64,000 nucleotides of DNA from Eremomyces bilateralis CBS 781.70 (GCA_010015585.1 ML975150.1); one strand, 5' to 3'. Positions 10,501 through 23,592 are shown, counted from the stretch's first letter. Notes: generated from the letters alone by a model not told the origin. Numbers and translations: made by a program.

Positions 10501-13500
10501 TGTCATGATCGAGACTGAACTATCTAAAGTCTACGAGAAGATGGATCTGACATTGCTCAATCGCTTGCTCAGACTGGTCATGGATCACAACTTGGCGGAC
10601 TACATCACTGCGAAGAACAATGTGCAGCTTAGCTATAAGGATATGAATCATACCAACAGTTATGGTATGATCAGAGGTCTTCAGTTCTCTGCCTTTGTCT
10701 TCCAGTACTATGGTCTTGTGGTCGACTTGCTTTTGCTCGGATTACAGCGAGCCAGCGACTTGGCCGGCCCGCCCCAGAGTCCGAACGATTTCTTGCAGTT
10801 CAAGGATCGTGAGACCGAAACGCGCCACCCAATTCGTCTCTACACCCGATACATCGACAAGATTTGGGTCTTCTTCCGATTTACCGCGGAAGAGTCACGT
10901 GATCTAATCCAGCGATTCCTCACTGAGCAGCCCGATCCGAATTTCGAGAATGTGATCGGGTACAAGAACAAGAAGTGCTGGCCGCGGGACTCCCGCATGA
11001 GGCTCATGAGGCACGATGTCAACTTGGGCCGTGCCGTCTTCTGGGACATGAAGAACCGCTTGCCACGATCTGTCACCACGATCGAATGGGACGACACCTT
11101 TGCCAGTGTGTACAGTCGAGACAACCCGAATTTGTTGTTCTCGATGTCCGGTTTTGAGGTCCGCATCCTTCCGAAGATCCGCAACTTGAGCGACGAGTTT
11201 CCGATTAAGGACAGCGTTTGGGGGCTTGTCGACAATGCGACCAAGGAGCGCACCGCGCACGCCTTCCTGCAGGTCACCGAGGAGGATATTCAGAAGTTCA
11301 ACAATCGCATCCGACAGATCCTCATGTCCTCCGGTTCGACCACATTCACCAAGATTGCCAATAAGTGGAACACCACTCTCATTGCGCTCTTCACCTACTA
11401 CCGTGAGGCTGCTGTGTCGACCGTCAGCCTCCTGGATACGATCGTCAAATGCGAGACAAAGATTCAAACGCGTGTTAAGATCGGCTTGAATTCCAAGATG
11501 CCTTCTCGATTCCCACCAGCCGTCTTCTACACTCCGAAGGAATTGGGCGGACTGGGCATGATTTCTGGCTCGCACATTCTTATCCCTGCCAGCGATCGGA
11601 GATGGTCAGCGCAGACAGATACTGGTGTCACTCATTACCGTGCCGGTATGACCCACGACGAGGAGACACTGATACCGAACATCGCGCGTTATATCATCCC
11701 TTGGGAAGCAGAGTTCATCGATTCGCAACGTGTTTGGACCGAGTACTCCCAGAAGCGGTTGGAAGCGCAACAGCAGAACCGCCGTTTGACACTGGAGGAC
11801 TTGGAAGACAGCTGGGACCGAGGTCTTCCACGTATCAATACTCTCTTCCAGAAAGATCGAAGCACCCTGAGCTTCGACAAGGGTTTCCGGACCCGGTCGG
11901 AGTTCAAGATCTACCAACACATGAAGAGCAATCCATTCTGGTGGACCAGCCAGCGACATGACGGAAAGCTTTGGAACTTGAACGCCTACAGAACCGATGT
12001 CATTCAAGCGCTGGGGGGTGTGGAAACCATCTTGGAACACACTCTCTTCAAAGCAACCGCGTTCCCGTCCTGGGAAGGGTTGTTCTGGGAGAAGGCTTGT
12101 CTCGCGAAGGGGACACAATTACTACGATACGATGGCACCATGATCGCAGTTGAAGACGTGAAAGAAGGCGATGAACTCCTCGGACCCGATGGCGGACCTC
12201 GTCGCGCCTTCAATATCGTCAGCGGCACTGATCGGCTCTACCGGATCAAGATTGGTGGTGGGAAGGAAGATTTGGTCGTCACGCCAAACCATATCTTGGT
12301 TCTTTACCGGGAGAAGACTGATGAGGCAACCTCGGGGACGGACGCCAACCCTGCGGATCGCTTTGAAACCGCCGAGATGACTGCCCTCGAATTCGCATCG
12401 CTCAGTGACAAAGATCGTGACATGCATCGACTTTTCCGTTCTCATGACGATGGAGTCCCATCCTCGGCCCAGATTTTCGGCGTGAACGAAATTTCTCTCG
12501 AGTCGGAAGTCGCGGAGTGGGCCGGGTTCAGGGTTGACCAAGATCAACTCTACCTGCGCCACGACCACCTTGTGCTTCACAACAGTGGTTTCGAAGAGTC
12601 AATGAAGTTCAAGAAGTTGACAAATGCTCAGCGATCCGGTCTAAATCAAATCCCGAATCGCCGTTTCACCTTGTGGTGGTAAGTACCTCCCCCGTCCCCC
12701 CGGTCCCCCTATCCCTTCTAGACAACTATATACTTATTTTTCACTCAGGTCAAGCACTATAAATAGGGCAAACGTGTACGTTGGTTTCCAGGTCCAACTT
12801 GATCTTACGGGAATTTTCTTGCACGGAAAGATCCCAACTTTGAAGATTTCGCTCATCCAGATTTTCCGGGCCCATTTGTGGCAGAAGATCCACGAGTCAG
12901 TTGTCATGGACTTGTGTCAAGTCTTTGACCAAGAGCTCGAGGCCCTTGGGATCGAGACGGTCCAGAAAGAAACGATTCATCCGAGAAAATCGTACAAGAT
13001 GAATAGCTCATGCGCTGATGTTCTCTTATTCTCCACGGGAAGGTGGTCCGTCTCTCCACCCTCCCTACTCTATGACACCAAGGATAGCATGGGACAGGCC
13101 ACTGCGAACAAGTTCTGGATCGATGTGCAACTTCGATATGGTGACTACGACTCTCACGACATCGAACGATACACCCGAGCCAAGTACCTTGACTACACCC
13201 AAGACAGCATGAGTATCTATCCCTCTGGCACTGGGTTGATGGTTGGCATCGACTTGGCTTATAATCTGTACTCTGCATACGGACAGTACTTCCCTGGTCT
13301 GAAGCAATTGGTGCAACAAGCCATGGCGAAGATCATGAAAGCTAACCCAGCCCTCTACGTTCTTCGTGAGCGTATCAGAAAGGGCCTTCAGCTTTATGCG
13401 ACTGAGAGCAGCCAGGAGTTCCTCAATTCTCAGAACTACTCGGAGTTGTTCAGCAACCAGATCCAGCTCTTCATCGACGACACCAACGTGTACCGTGTCA

Positions 13501-15146
13501 CCATCCACAAGACCTTCGAAGGCAATCTGACAACGAAGCCGATCAACGGTGCCATTTTCATCTTCAACCCGCGAACTGGACAGCTCTTCCTCAAGATTAT
13601 TCATACGAGCGTTTGGGCCGGTCAGAAACGTTTGGGCCAGCTTGCGAAGTGGAAGACCGCCGAAGAAGTCGCTGCGCTTATCCGCTCTTTGCCGGTAGAG
13701 GAACAACCTAAGCAACTGATCGTCACCAGAAAGGGGTTGCTCGATCCTTTGGAGGTTCACCTGCTCGATTTCCCAAATATCTCGATCCGTGCCTCGGAGC
13801 TTCAGCTGCCGTTCCAAGCCGCCATGAAAGTCGAGAAGCTCGGAGATATGATTTTGAGGGCGACGGAACCTCAGATGGTTCTATTCAACCTTTACGACGA
13901 GTGGCTCAAGTCCATTTCATCCTACACAGCTTTCTCGCGCTTGATTCTCATCCTTCGCGCTCTTCACATCAACCCGGACAAGACCAAGCTGCTCCTCCGT
14001 CCGGACAAAACGGTCATCACTCAAGAACATCACATCTGGCCGTCGCTGTCGGATGAGGACTGGATCAAGGTTGAAACGCAGCTGCGCGATCTCATTCTGA
14101 ATGACTATGGAAAGAAGAACAACGTCAACACCTCGAGCTTGACTAGCTCCGAAGTACGAGACATCATCCTTGGTATGGAGATCAGCGCCCCGAGTCTGCA
14201 ACGCCAGCAAGCCGCGGAAATCGACAAGCAGCAGCAAGACCAGCAACAGCTTACAGCTGTTACGACCCGTACTCAGAATGTGCACGGCGAGGACATCGTT
14301 GTCACCACCACTTCACAGTACGAACAAGCAGCATTCGCATCGAAGACCGAGTGGCGGACCCGAGCGATCGCCACCTCGAACCTGAGGACCCGCGCCAACA
14401 ACATCTACATCTCATCCGAAGATGTAAAGGAGGAAGATCATTTTACATATATCATGCCAAAGAACGTCTTGAAGCGGTTCATCGCCATCGCCGACTTGCG
14501 AGTTCAGGTGGCCGGCTATATCTACGGATCGTCGCCGAAAGACAACGACCAAATCAAGGAGATCCACACTATTGTCATGATCCCGCAAGTCGGCAACACC
14601 CGTGACGTCCAGCTTCCTCGCTTCCTTCCAGAACATGAGTACCTCCAGAACATGGAGCCGCTGGGCATCATCCATACGGTGTCCGGCAACGAAAGCGCCT
14701 ACATGACCGCCAGCGACGTCACCCAGCACGCTCGGTTGATGAGCGCGCACAACTCCTGGGACAAGAAGACCGTCACCATGACCGTCTCCTTCACCCCGGG
14801 CTCCGTCTCCCTCTCCGCGTGGGCGCTCACGCCCCAAGGCTACAAGTGGGGCGCCGAGAACAAAGACCTGTCCTCCGACCAGCCCGCCGGGTTCAGCACC
14901 TCGTTCGGCGACAAGTGCCAGCTCCTCCTCAGCGACCGGATCAAGGGCTATTTCCTGGTGCCGGAGACCAACGTGTGGAACTACAGCTTCATGGGCAGCG
15001 CCTTCGGAGACGCGGAGCGGAAGCCGGTGCATGTGAAGATCGATACGCCGGCGCGGTTCTACGATGATTTGCATCGGCCATTGCATTTCCAGAACTTTGC
15101 GGAGCTGGAAGACGTGTGGGTGGATCGGAGTGATAACTTTGCTTAA
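7508..15146 (+). CDS. PRP8: Pre-mRNA splicing factor Prp8 (U5 snRNP core), intein-containing, one intron 12679-12748
   Basis: Proline-rich N-terminus, [64 protein letters not shown], RNase H-like DDTNVYRV and C-terminal Jab1/MPN region. Confidence 0.99.
12098..12583 (+). mobile_element. PRP8 mini-intein (162 aa, no homing endonuclease)
   Basis: In-frame insertion between FWEKA and SGFEESMK. Starts CLAKGT (block A), contains [11 protein letters not shown] (block B TxxH), ends VLHN followed by +1 Ser. Confidence 0.97.
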
Positions 15147-15431
15147 ATGGGATGCGCGGATGGATCGTGGCGTTCAAAACCGGGTGCATAATGGTCGATC
15201 TTTGGATGAGATTGACTCGGGAACAAGCATGTATAGTATTCCGTTCAGTGCAATAAATAGTAATGCAATGACAGTTCAGTGTCCAACTCCGGTGTTTGTC
15301 ATTTTGAAATATAGTACCCAACCCATTTAGAACATAAGCTGCCGAAACGCTCCTCGCAACCAGCCTTTACACCTTCGTGCTACTGACCCAAGGCAACAAT
15401 GGCAAATATCCCAAAGTTCCAACAAAACATT

Positions 15432-16609
15432 TTATGTCAAGGTGTATCCACCATCGACACGAAGATCGGCACCCGTAACGTAACCGCTCGCATCGCTAGC
15501 AAGGAACGTGACCGCTCCCATGAGATCCACCGGTCGGCCCATCTTCCCCACCGGGATAAGTGACGTCCATTTCTTGTGGAGATCCGGGTTGTCGTCCAGG
15601 ATCTTCTGCGTCCTATCCAGCAAGTCAGCATTTACCAACGGAAGTCAGGAACGGAAAAAACTCACAATGCTGTCAGCATGTATCCCGGGCTGATGCAGTT
15701 GACTCGGATCCCCTTCTCGGCCCACTCGACCGCCAAACTCGACGCAAGATGTCTGACCGCCGCCTTCGCGGCGTTATACGGCGCCTGTGGCTGCGGAACA
15801 TTCACGATCGCACCGCTCATGCTGCCGATGAATATGATGCTTCCTTTGGCATCCCGCTCCATCAAATGGCGTGCGATCCCCGTAGCGAACAGATACGTCC
15901 CATCCACATTGACGGACCAAAGCTTCCTCATCCGATCAATCGGATACTGCTCCGCCGGGAAATTCTCCGTAAACCCAGCCGACGTGACCAGCACATCCAC
16001 CTTGCCGTGTGCCTTCACCACATCATCGATACAGCTCGTGACGGAGTCTGGGTCCGCGACGTCCGCGAAATGCGCCGTGACCTTCGGCGGCGGGTCGGAC
16101 GGGTCGTTCTCCCGCTTGAACGTCTCCCGCAGCTGCGCGGCCGATCGCTGCGCTTCTTCGAGGTTCAGGTCGACGAGTGCGACGTCCGCGCCGCTCTCGA
16201 TCAGGCCTTGGGCCATGATCATCCCCAGACCGCGGGCGCCGCCAGTCACGATGGCGACGTGGTTCTCGAGGGTGAAGCTGGCTAGGGTTCGCTTGTAGTG
16301 CATGCCTCCTCGTCCATGCACCGGCTTGCTGTGTGGAAGGTCGCCTTCTTCAGGGTATTCGACGACGACGCTTGGGTCGGTTCGGGCGAATTGACCTTCG
16401 TGGTCGCCGGAGGAGCCGGGATTCGTCCCGGTGGTGTAGTCGGCGCCATCTGGGGGCGGTTTCGGTTCATCTTTTCGTAGGAAGGTGGTGTTGGTGAATG
16501 GACGGGTGGCGTTTAGGGGTGAAGGCTGGCATCGTGAGGCAACATTAGCGATATGTGAGGGTCGGGTAGTCAAGGCTTTGGAGATGGTCTTCCTAAACAC
16601 GGTAGACAT
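15432..16609 (-). CDS. Short-chain dehydrogenase/reductase, D-arabinitol dehydrogenase-like, with probable mitochondrial presequence
   Basis: TGGARGLG cofactor motif, YNAAK catalytic motif, IRVNCISPGY; one intron near 15616-15666; R/S/T-rich N-terminus. Confidence 0.9.
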
Positions 16610-16871
16610 GGCGGGGTTTCGAGTATAGGGAGTGGGAAGGATAGGATAGGAGTAGGAAGGATGGCTGTAGGGAGGATGGGAGTGGGAAGGATAGAATTAT
16701 GTCTCCTACGCCTGAAATGATGTGAAAGAGATGAAACCGAGTAGGACAAGCACGTCAGGAGTTCACTTATCAATGCAGAATTGCCGATCTTAAAAAGAAA
16801 GCTGAACTGAAGGATTACCCTTTTCCCACAATTGATCCGCCTTTCCGATTGAAGACTCTTCCGCTGCAGCG

Positions 16872-16964
16872 ATTGCATTCAACCATTTGCCTTTGCATAA
16901 AAATTGCATTCAACCGTTTGCCTCGTCATTCGCAGCTATTACTTGAACTATGACTTGAACTATG
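16872..16964. repeat. Short direct repeats in the divergent SDR / 5-phosphatase promoter
   Basis: ATTGCATTCAACCRTTTGCCT at 16872-16892 and 16903-16923 (1 mismatch); ACTTGAACTATG tandem x2 at 16941-16964. Confidence 0.85.
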
Positions 16965-17216
16965 ACATCAGCATAAACGCGTCTTACGGCGCTCAGGGGT
17001 CCATCGGTTCCACCTTCTCTCGTGTTTCCTCATCGTCTAAGACAGTCTAGGCGAATGAATTGTTGTCGCTGTTGATCTTCACTTTGTTCTTTTTCGTGCT
17101 AATTACATGTCTCAAACCTCCTGAAAAGACGGTCAACCGTCAATCTGTCAAAGTGCTGTTCCTCTCAATCCATCGTGAAACCTCCATCAGGTGGACCAGA
17201 GGAGTATCCGTGCAAA

Positions 17217-18698
17217 ATGCCCTCCCTCCGAATCCTCCTGCTCACCTTCAATTGTGCCCGCAACTTCGTAGACCCTGAGATCCTGGCCACTGATATACTT
17301 GATGCCATACCCGAAACCCCGACGTCGAAGGCAAGCAGAATCATCCCCGATGTTATTGCCGTCTCCTTACAGGAGGTGGCTCCCATCGCATACGCTTTCC
17401 TAGGCGGTCCATATCTCACCCCGTACCTAGCTCGAGTGGGGGCTGCCGTCCACCTCGCCTCCGAACGGTACGCGGAAACACACCAGGAGCGACAGACCGA
17501 CAATGTCGCGCCCGAGGATTGGATCTATACGAATGTTATCACCAAGAACGTGGGATTAACCGCGTTGATGATATTTGCCAGGAGAAAAGTCGCGGATTCC
17601 ATCTGCTGGATTACTTGGGGCAGCGCGGGGGTGGGGGTCGGCGGCATGGGCAACAAAGGAGCGGTGGGGATCCGACTTGGGTTTGATGCCGTGAAAGTCA
17701 AGCAGTCCGTGAAAGACTGGTACGTGAAATGGATCGGGCCCGCGGGGAGGGCTCAGCGGAAACGGAAACTGAGGGACGAAGACAGCGGGGTTTCGGTGCT
17801 CGAGGTCACTTTCGTCGCGGTCCACCTCGCCCCGAACGCTGGGAATGTTGAGAGGCGGAACCAGGACTGGGAGAACATTGTTCGGAATCTGGTTTTCCTA
17901 CCGGAGGAGGCATTTGTCCCTAATACTGACGAGCCCTTTGGTATTGCCAAAGATACGCCCAGACCGAAGCTAAACTTCAGTGAGACGTCCGTAACTGAAC
18001 GTCCGTGGTCAGGTATATACGGCAAAAATGACTCCTCAGAAACCTCTGCCGCTCTCCATTTTGTCTTTGGCGATCTGAACTATCGTACTGGGGATGAAGA
18101 TCCCGATCCGGACTCGTATATGGCCTTCCCTCAGCCAACACAGGATATCTCCTCCCTTCTCCATTACTCTCGCCTCCTCACAAAAGACCAATTGAACGCA
18201 GAACGCGCGGAAAATCGCACCCTCCATAGCTTCGAAGAGCTGGACGTTACTTTCCCCCCAACGTACAAGTACGATCCCAACCAGCACTGGCCCGGCTACG
18301 AAAATGGGCTCCGCGTGCCGAACACCACGGGCTGGCTCTGGGAGGCAACCCGATGGCCATCATGGTGCGACCGGATCCTTTTTCTGCCTCAGGAACCGCT
18401 CACGGTTGAGAAATACGTCTCTCTCCCCGTCCAACCGACTTCCGACCACCGACCTGTCGCTCTCTCGGCAACCGTGAACTTGAGCAAGACGCTGGGCAAA
18501 GCGATGGAGGTCCAGGAGGGGCCATTTCCTCTCAATCCGGATTGGGAAGGGAGAAGACGCGATGCCCGGATGAAGGAGGTGGTCGTCGGTGGGCTCTCCT
18601 GGTTCGTGTTGACGACGGAGGGGCGCATTTGGTTTTCAGGTCTGACTATCGGTGGTCTGGCGACACTGTTTGCGATCATCGCCTTGCTTAAAGTTTGA
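17217..18698 (+). CDS. Inositol polyphosphate 5-phosphatase, tail-anchored (Inp54-like)
   Basis: LLTFN, SLQE, GNKGAVG, GDLNYR, PPTYKY, PSWCDRIL, SDHRPV motifs; hydrophobic C-terminal anchor; intronless. Confidence 0.9.
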   Translation: MPSLRILLLTFNCARNFVDPEILATDILDAIPETPTSKASRIIPDVIAVSLQEVAPIAYAFLGGPYLTPYLARVGAAVHLASERYAETHQERQTDNVAPEDWIYTNVITKNVGLTALMIFARRKVADSICWITWGSAGVGVGGMGNKGAVGIRLGFDAVKVKQSVKDWYVKWIGPAGRAQRKRKLRDEDSGVSVLEVTFVAVHLAPNAGNVERRNQDWENIVRNLVFLPEEAFVPNTDEPFGIAKDTPRPKLNFSETSVTERPWSGIYGKNDSSETSAALHFVFGDLNYRTGDEDPDPDSYMAFPQPTQDISSLLHYSRLLTKDQLNAERAENRTLHSFEELDVTFPPTYKYDPNQHWPGYENGLRVPNTTGWLWEATRWPSWCDRILFLPQEPLTVEKYVSLPVQPTSDHRPVALSATVNLSKTLGKAMEVQEGPFPLNPDWEGRRRDARMKEVVVGGLSWFVLTTEGRIWFSGLTIGGLATLFAIIALLKV

Positions 18699-18947
18699 AG
18701 CGGTTCTAGCGAAGGCGATGCAGGCGTTCATGAGCGATTATCCATGATTACGTATTCACGACAGTGTTTTTGGTATTCAAAGCCAGGCGTTCATGTTAAA
18801 TGAGCAATAGAGATTGCCGATGCCGCTGTATATTCAAAAGGCTGTATATATACCATGGGAATCGTTAGAAAATCTACCTGTACAACCCAAAGAGCGGCCG
18901 CCCTTCCATGCAGTCCCATTTACGCCATCCCAAAATGCATATCAAGT

Positions 18948-20406
18948 TCAAAACCCGTCCACCGCACTCCGAATCTTCCCCTGTAATTCCCTCTCCACGT
19001 CCCCAACATCTGCTTCCTTCAGACGGCTACCTCCCTTCCCCGGCACCTTGAGCTCCCACCCCCCCTCTCGTTTCCGCCCCGTAAGATTCCCGCACTCATA
19101 CCGCACCCGGCCTGTCGTACACCGATTATTCCCGAACGACCTGTCACCGATACTCTGGTGAATCATCTCGTTAGTCGGACCCATCCGCGACAGGGGACGT
19201 CGCGGCCCCGTTCCAGCCATCGCCTCCGCCGCTTTCTTGAAAAACGACTTCGCCCCGCTCTCCCCCGAATCCGTCGCGCCATGGATCGTCCACCACGGCG
19301 TCTGGCCTCCGTCCTCCGATGCAAAATACGGATCATACAACGTCTTCCGCAACAGGTACTTCTGATCGAAGGCCAGCAACCGCGTCTTCGAGCACTCCGA
19401 GATCATCCACGCGAACGCAATATCGCTCAACCGATGATCGTCCCGCCCGCCTCCCACGTCTGTATGCACGCCCGAGAACCACACCTGCTTCAATACCGGC
19501 GTCCTCCCTCCCTCCTCGATCTTCGGCAACGTCCACATCGTCGGCTCGAACGCCTTCCGCCGCTCGTCCAGCGCCAGCGCATGGAACCCGTACTGGATGG
19601 GCGTCGGGATCTCCGTGTCGCAGAACTCAATGCGCTCCTGGTCGAAGCGGAACCCCAGCGCCTTGAACATTACGAGCCAGTTCGCCACCCACGGCTTGTG
19701 GAACCCGACCGTGTCCCACACCCCCACGATCCGCACCGCCTGCGCCGCTGACAAGGAGATCTGGTCCTTCCCGAGGCTGCGCATCAGCTCGCGCGCCTGC
19801 TGCTTGGCCTCAGACGACTCGCTGCGCCGCGCGTTGCGGAAGGAGTAGTACGTGTTGTACAACTTGGGGAAGCTGTCCATCCCCCGCTTGGTGAGGAGGC
19901 CCGTCTCGGCGACCAGGCTGGCGATGGCGCGCGCCGTGTATGCGCCGCGGCTAAAGCCGAAGAAGTAGATGGAGTCGCCTTCGTCGTAGTTGTGCGCGAG
20001 GAAGGAGTAGCCGGCACGGACGTTAGCAGAGACGCCGAGGCCAAGGACCCCTTTCGATTGTTAGTGAAGCTCGAGTTTGCAGCGGACCTAACGTACCTCC
20101 GAATAACGAGTCCATCAACCCCGTCCCCACGCCTTTCTGATAGTAAACGATCTGCTCGAGCTCTTCCCCACTCTCGTCGAACCCGTATTTGCTCAGAGCG
20201 CGAGCGAATCGAGTGACATTTGATGGGTATTCTCCCGCTGACGGCTCTGTTGAATCTTGCCATGTGCCATCGCACAATACAATCAATCTCTTTCGATTCC
20301 TTGACCGTGGGGTGTTCTTCCCCTTCGTCAATGACGGGCTATCCAGCGAGTCATTTGTCTTGATGGTCATCCCGGTATCCACCCGGGGGGGGTTTCCATT
20401 TTCCAT
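18948..20406 (-). CDS. DUF2235 / Tle1-like alpha/beta-hydrolase
   Basis: KRLIVLCDGTW, SNVTR, YYQKGVGT, intron 20051-20096, GFSRGAY nucleophile motif, VGVWDTV, HALALDERR, WFSGVHTDVGGG; upstream TATA-like TTTATATATA near 20514-20523. Confidence 0.92.
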
Positions 20407-21974
20407 GGCTATGGCAGAGAGCGCAAAGGAATGGCGGTGGCAGTCTAAGGGGGCTTTTCGACGATTGCGGCAATAGGAGAACTTCGGAGACCACGCAATA
20501 ACACCCGATGCTCTATATATAAACAACTCGCAAAAGATAATAAAGATATTTGATATGACTCCAAATCTCCAAAAGCCCCAAACGCGGATGCACACCCCTA
20601 TTTGAATCCTACCGATCATGACGCTTAAAGTATCCCCCCTCGACGCCCCAGCCCATCGCTGATCCTTCCTTCAGCCTTGCGAGACTTAGGCTCCTCATCC
20701 TTGCCCGATATACTAAAACGATAAGTTAGACTGACGCCAACACTGCGACCCTGCAGCGGTCAAGCCCGCCGTTCGGATGGCCGGATGGCCCGACGTGCGA
20801 GCTGACGGCCGCCCAGCGACCAGCGCACGGGATTCGTCGAGAAACGAAAGATGAGCGAGGAAGTTGGGGTCATGGCGGTCAGTGCAGCTATGGATGGTGG
20901 CGCAGACTAGGTGCACGTCCTTTTGTTATTCTCACGTTGCAGTCAGCATTCTGGGTTGACCGAATTGGAACATGCGGATTGCGGGATCGACATGGACTGG
21001 TGGAATGGAGGGGTTCGGGGTTGGAGATCGATGGGGAGGTGACGCAACAGGTTGGGTCCAGTTGGATACCGGACTTCGGTTGGACCGACTTCTGGAATCT
21101 GGATGGAGATAGGGCCGATATGTAGTACACACTGGGCGATATCTGGAGCATTACCGATATTCGGAAAGGTTATAAAGGTTATAAATGGGATTTGGTTATT
21201 TGGGTCACCATTCCTTTGACTGGGGCGGATGTGTGGTGGGCAGTGCATATCAGTAAGATATTTGATATCCCACATCCATGATATCGGATTTATTAATTAG
21301 TCGTTGTTTGGATATCGATTGGTACTTCCGGTAAGGCCATCTTCCCCGTCAAGTTTATCCACATGGCATATATGTTGTACGTGAACTGTTAGATGACCAA
21401 ATATCAGACATCTCCTAGACATCACGGAAGGACTATTCTAGTCGTGCTCGTGACATGGTGACATTATTAAGGTCTCGTTCTACCTTGACTCAGCGAAGGG
21501 CAAACCGACTCGGCTATCGCGAGATCGACATTTAAGTGTCCATCTTCAACTCAGTATTCCCAGTCACTAAGAATATGCCTTGCCAATTGCCACACCTAAT
21601 ACCTCATTACTCATACCACATATATATATATATTACCCCTCTGGTTGGCGGGCAGATGATCACCGGCCACACAAATCCTTCCCTGGTGTGTGACTTTGAG
21701 ATGATCAATCCATTTCGGATGACTGGTGAAGAGTATGTCGTCATAAAGCGAAATATCTGAAATGCTTGAGACTATCATAATTCTTTCCGCTATATGTTCC
21801 ATCTCATATTCCGTGAGCTCGAAACGCAACAGGAGAACTGCCAAGTAAATGCCATCGATATCCGTATAGTGCTCCGATACATGTACTCCAACAAAATGCG
21901 CGCTATGCGAGTAGGCTACACCTTTCCATCCCATCCAAACGCCAATTAAGATGCGATATCTCCGTCTTCTCCCA

Positions 21975-23199
21975 TCACTCCACCACCTCCCCCGCACCAC
22001 TCCCCCGCAACTCCAACAACCCCGTCGCCGCCCGCCCCTTCACCACGCTGCTCGTCAACTCCCGCTCATCCACCAACTTCTTCGTCGGCGACTTCGCCGG
22101 CGTCATACTCGGGAGCGAGCGCTCGGGGGACAGGATCGCGCGGGGAGGGGACGACGCGGGCGTACGGTTGGCGTGGTAGTGGGGTGCGTAGATGTGGCGG
22201 GAGGAATAGGAGGTGGGGATGAGGACGGGGGCGGGGAGGAGTTTGGGGATGGGGGCGGGAGGGAGGTTGGTGGTTGGATAGGAGGTTGAGCGGGCGGGGG
22301 ACGGGTTAAGGGCGGGTGACTTCGATGTGTTTCGGGGGTGCTTTGGACTGGCTGTAGGGGATTGCCTAAGGGACTCTTTGTCGGGAGGGCTCTCGCTTGC
22401 GTTCGAGGTGTCCATGGGGGTATCGCCGGATGACAGTTCTAGGGAATGGAATGGCACATTCATCTGGTCGGTTCGGACTTTGTACAATGCGACTTTAAGT
22501 CGCAGACGTAGGGTCTCGGCTCTCTGTGTCCGTCGTTAGTCTCGCTTACGCTCTTACAGGCTTATGCAAAACATACCGAGCTGGATGAGGGAGAATTTGC
22601 TTCTTCAAGAGCTTTCGGTGACGTTTCTGCCGTGTTGGCCGGATCCACGTGCGGATTATAGTCTATCAAGGACGAAAATGATTGGGTTTGCTGCGTGTTT
22701 GGTCCTTCCTGGCTGGCGGTCATGGAGACATCGGGGTTTTGCACAGCGTCGTGCATTGTCGAGTCGGCGGTTATGTGATTGGCGTCCTTCTCTCGTCAAT
22801 ATGCGGTCCTAGATATCAAGATTTGGGGAACCATACATGCTCATGATTCTGCAGGTTTATACTCGGCATTGCTGCAGCACATGGAGCCATTGCCTTGGGT
22901 CGCAGTGCATCCCTGGAACGCTCGCGTTCCGACGCGTCTATCTCCATGAACGATCGTTTTCGCGCCGTAGTGGGTGGGATGTCAGGAACCATGGGTTCTC
23001 GCCCGTTCCCTCCGCCTAATATGGACGGTCGGACTGGTTTCGCTGGAAAGTCCGCGAGCTTCATAATCGGTTTGGCGGGCCCGTCCGCCACGTTCGTTAC
23101 CCGTGAGAGTGGGGTCTTCGCGTTGGGGGAGAGTTCTCGCAAGACGTTTCGTAGGGGCGACCGCATCACCGGGGAGTGTTGAAGCCGTGGGGCGTCCAT
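21975..23199 (-). CDS. Whi5/Nrm1-domain cell-cycle transcriptional repressor-like protein, 3 exons
   Basis: Many SP/TP (CDK-type) sites, AETLRLRLKVALYKVRTDQ (Whi5-like motif), C-terminal LTSSVVKGRAATGLLEL. Confidence 0.7.
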
Positions 23200-23592
23200 A
23201 TTGCTCTCGAAGGGGGTTCGGCGTCAAAGGCCGGATCGATGCAGGAAGGTGGTGGTGGTTGTCTGCAGTTCGGGTGTATACATATATGACACGTCACGGA
23301 GGGGTAGAAATAGAGTCGATATGCAGATTGTGCACCAGATACGCAACCCTTAAGCAATTATAAAGAGAAGAAGAGAGGAATTGGGTGTGTTCAGGACTTC
23401 AGGTCAAGAATACCGAACTTATGTCAAAATTATATTGTTCGAGACGCGACTTTTTGTTGTTGATCGGCTTTTGGGAGCTTGGATCCACCGAGGGACCCTC
23501 ACCAGCGAGACTCCGAGGACCCTGGCCCACCTGGTTCACCAACAGCAATGGCATCTGAATTCCGATCCAGCCTTCAATGTTCAAAGCCGCAT

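Noticed and set aside
12098..12583. Homing endonuclease within the intein
   Set aside because: Only 162 aa and no LAGLIDADG blocks.
7442..15086. Many long antisense ORFs over PRP8 and other genes
   Set aside because: Shadow ORFs expected from GC-rich codon bias; no domains.
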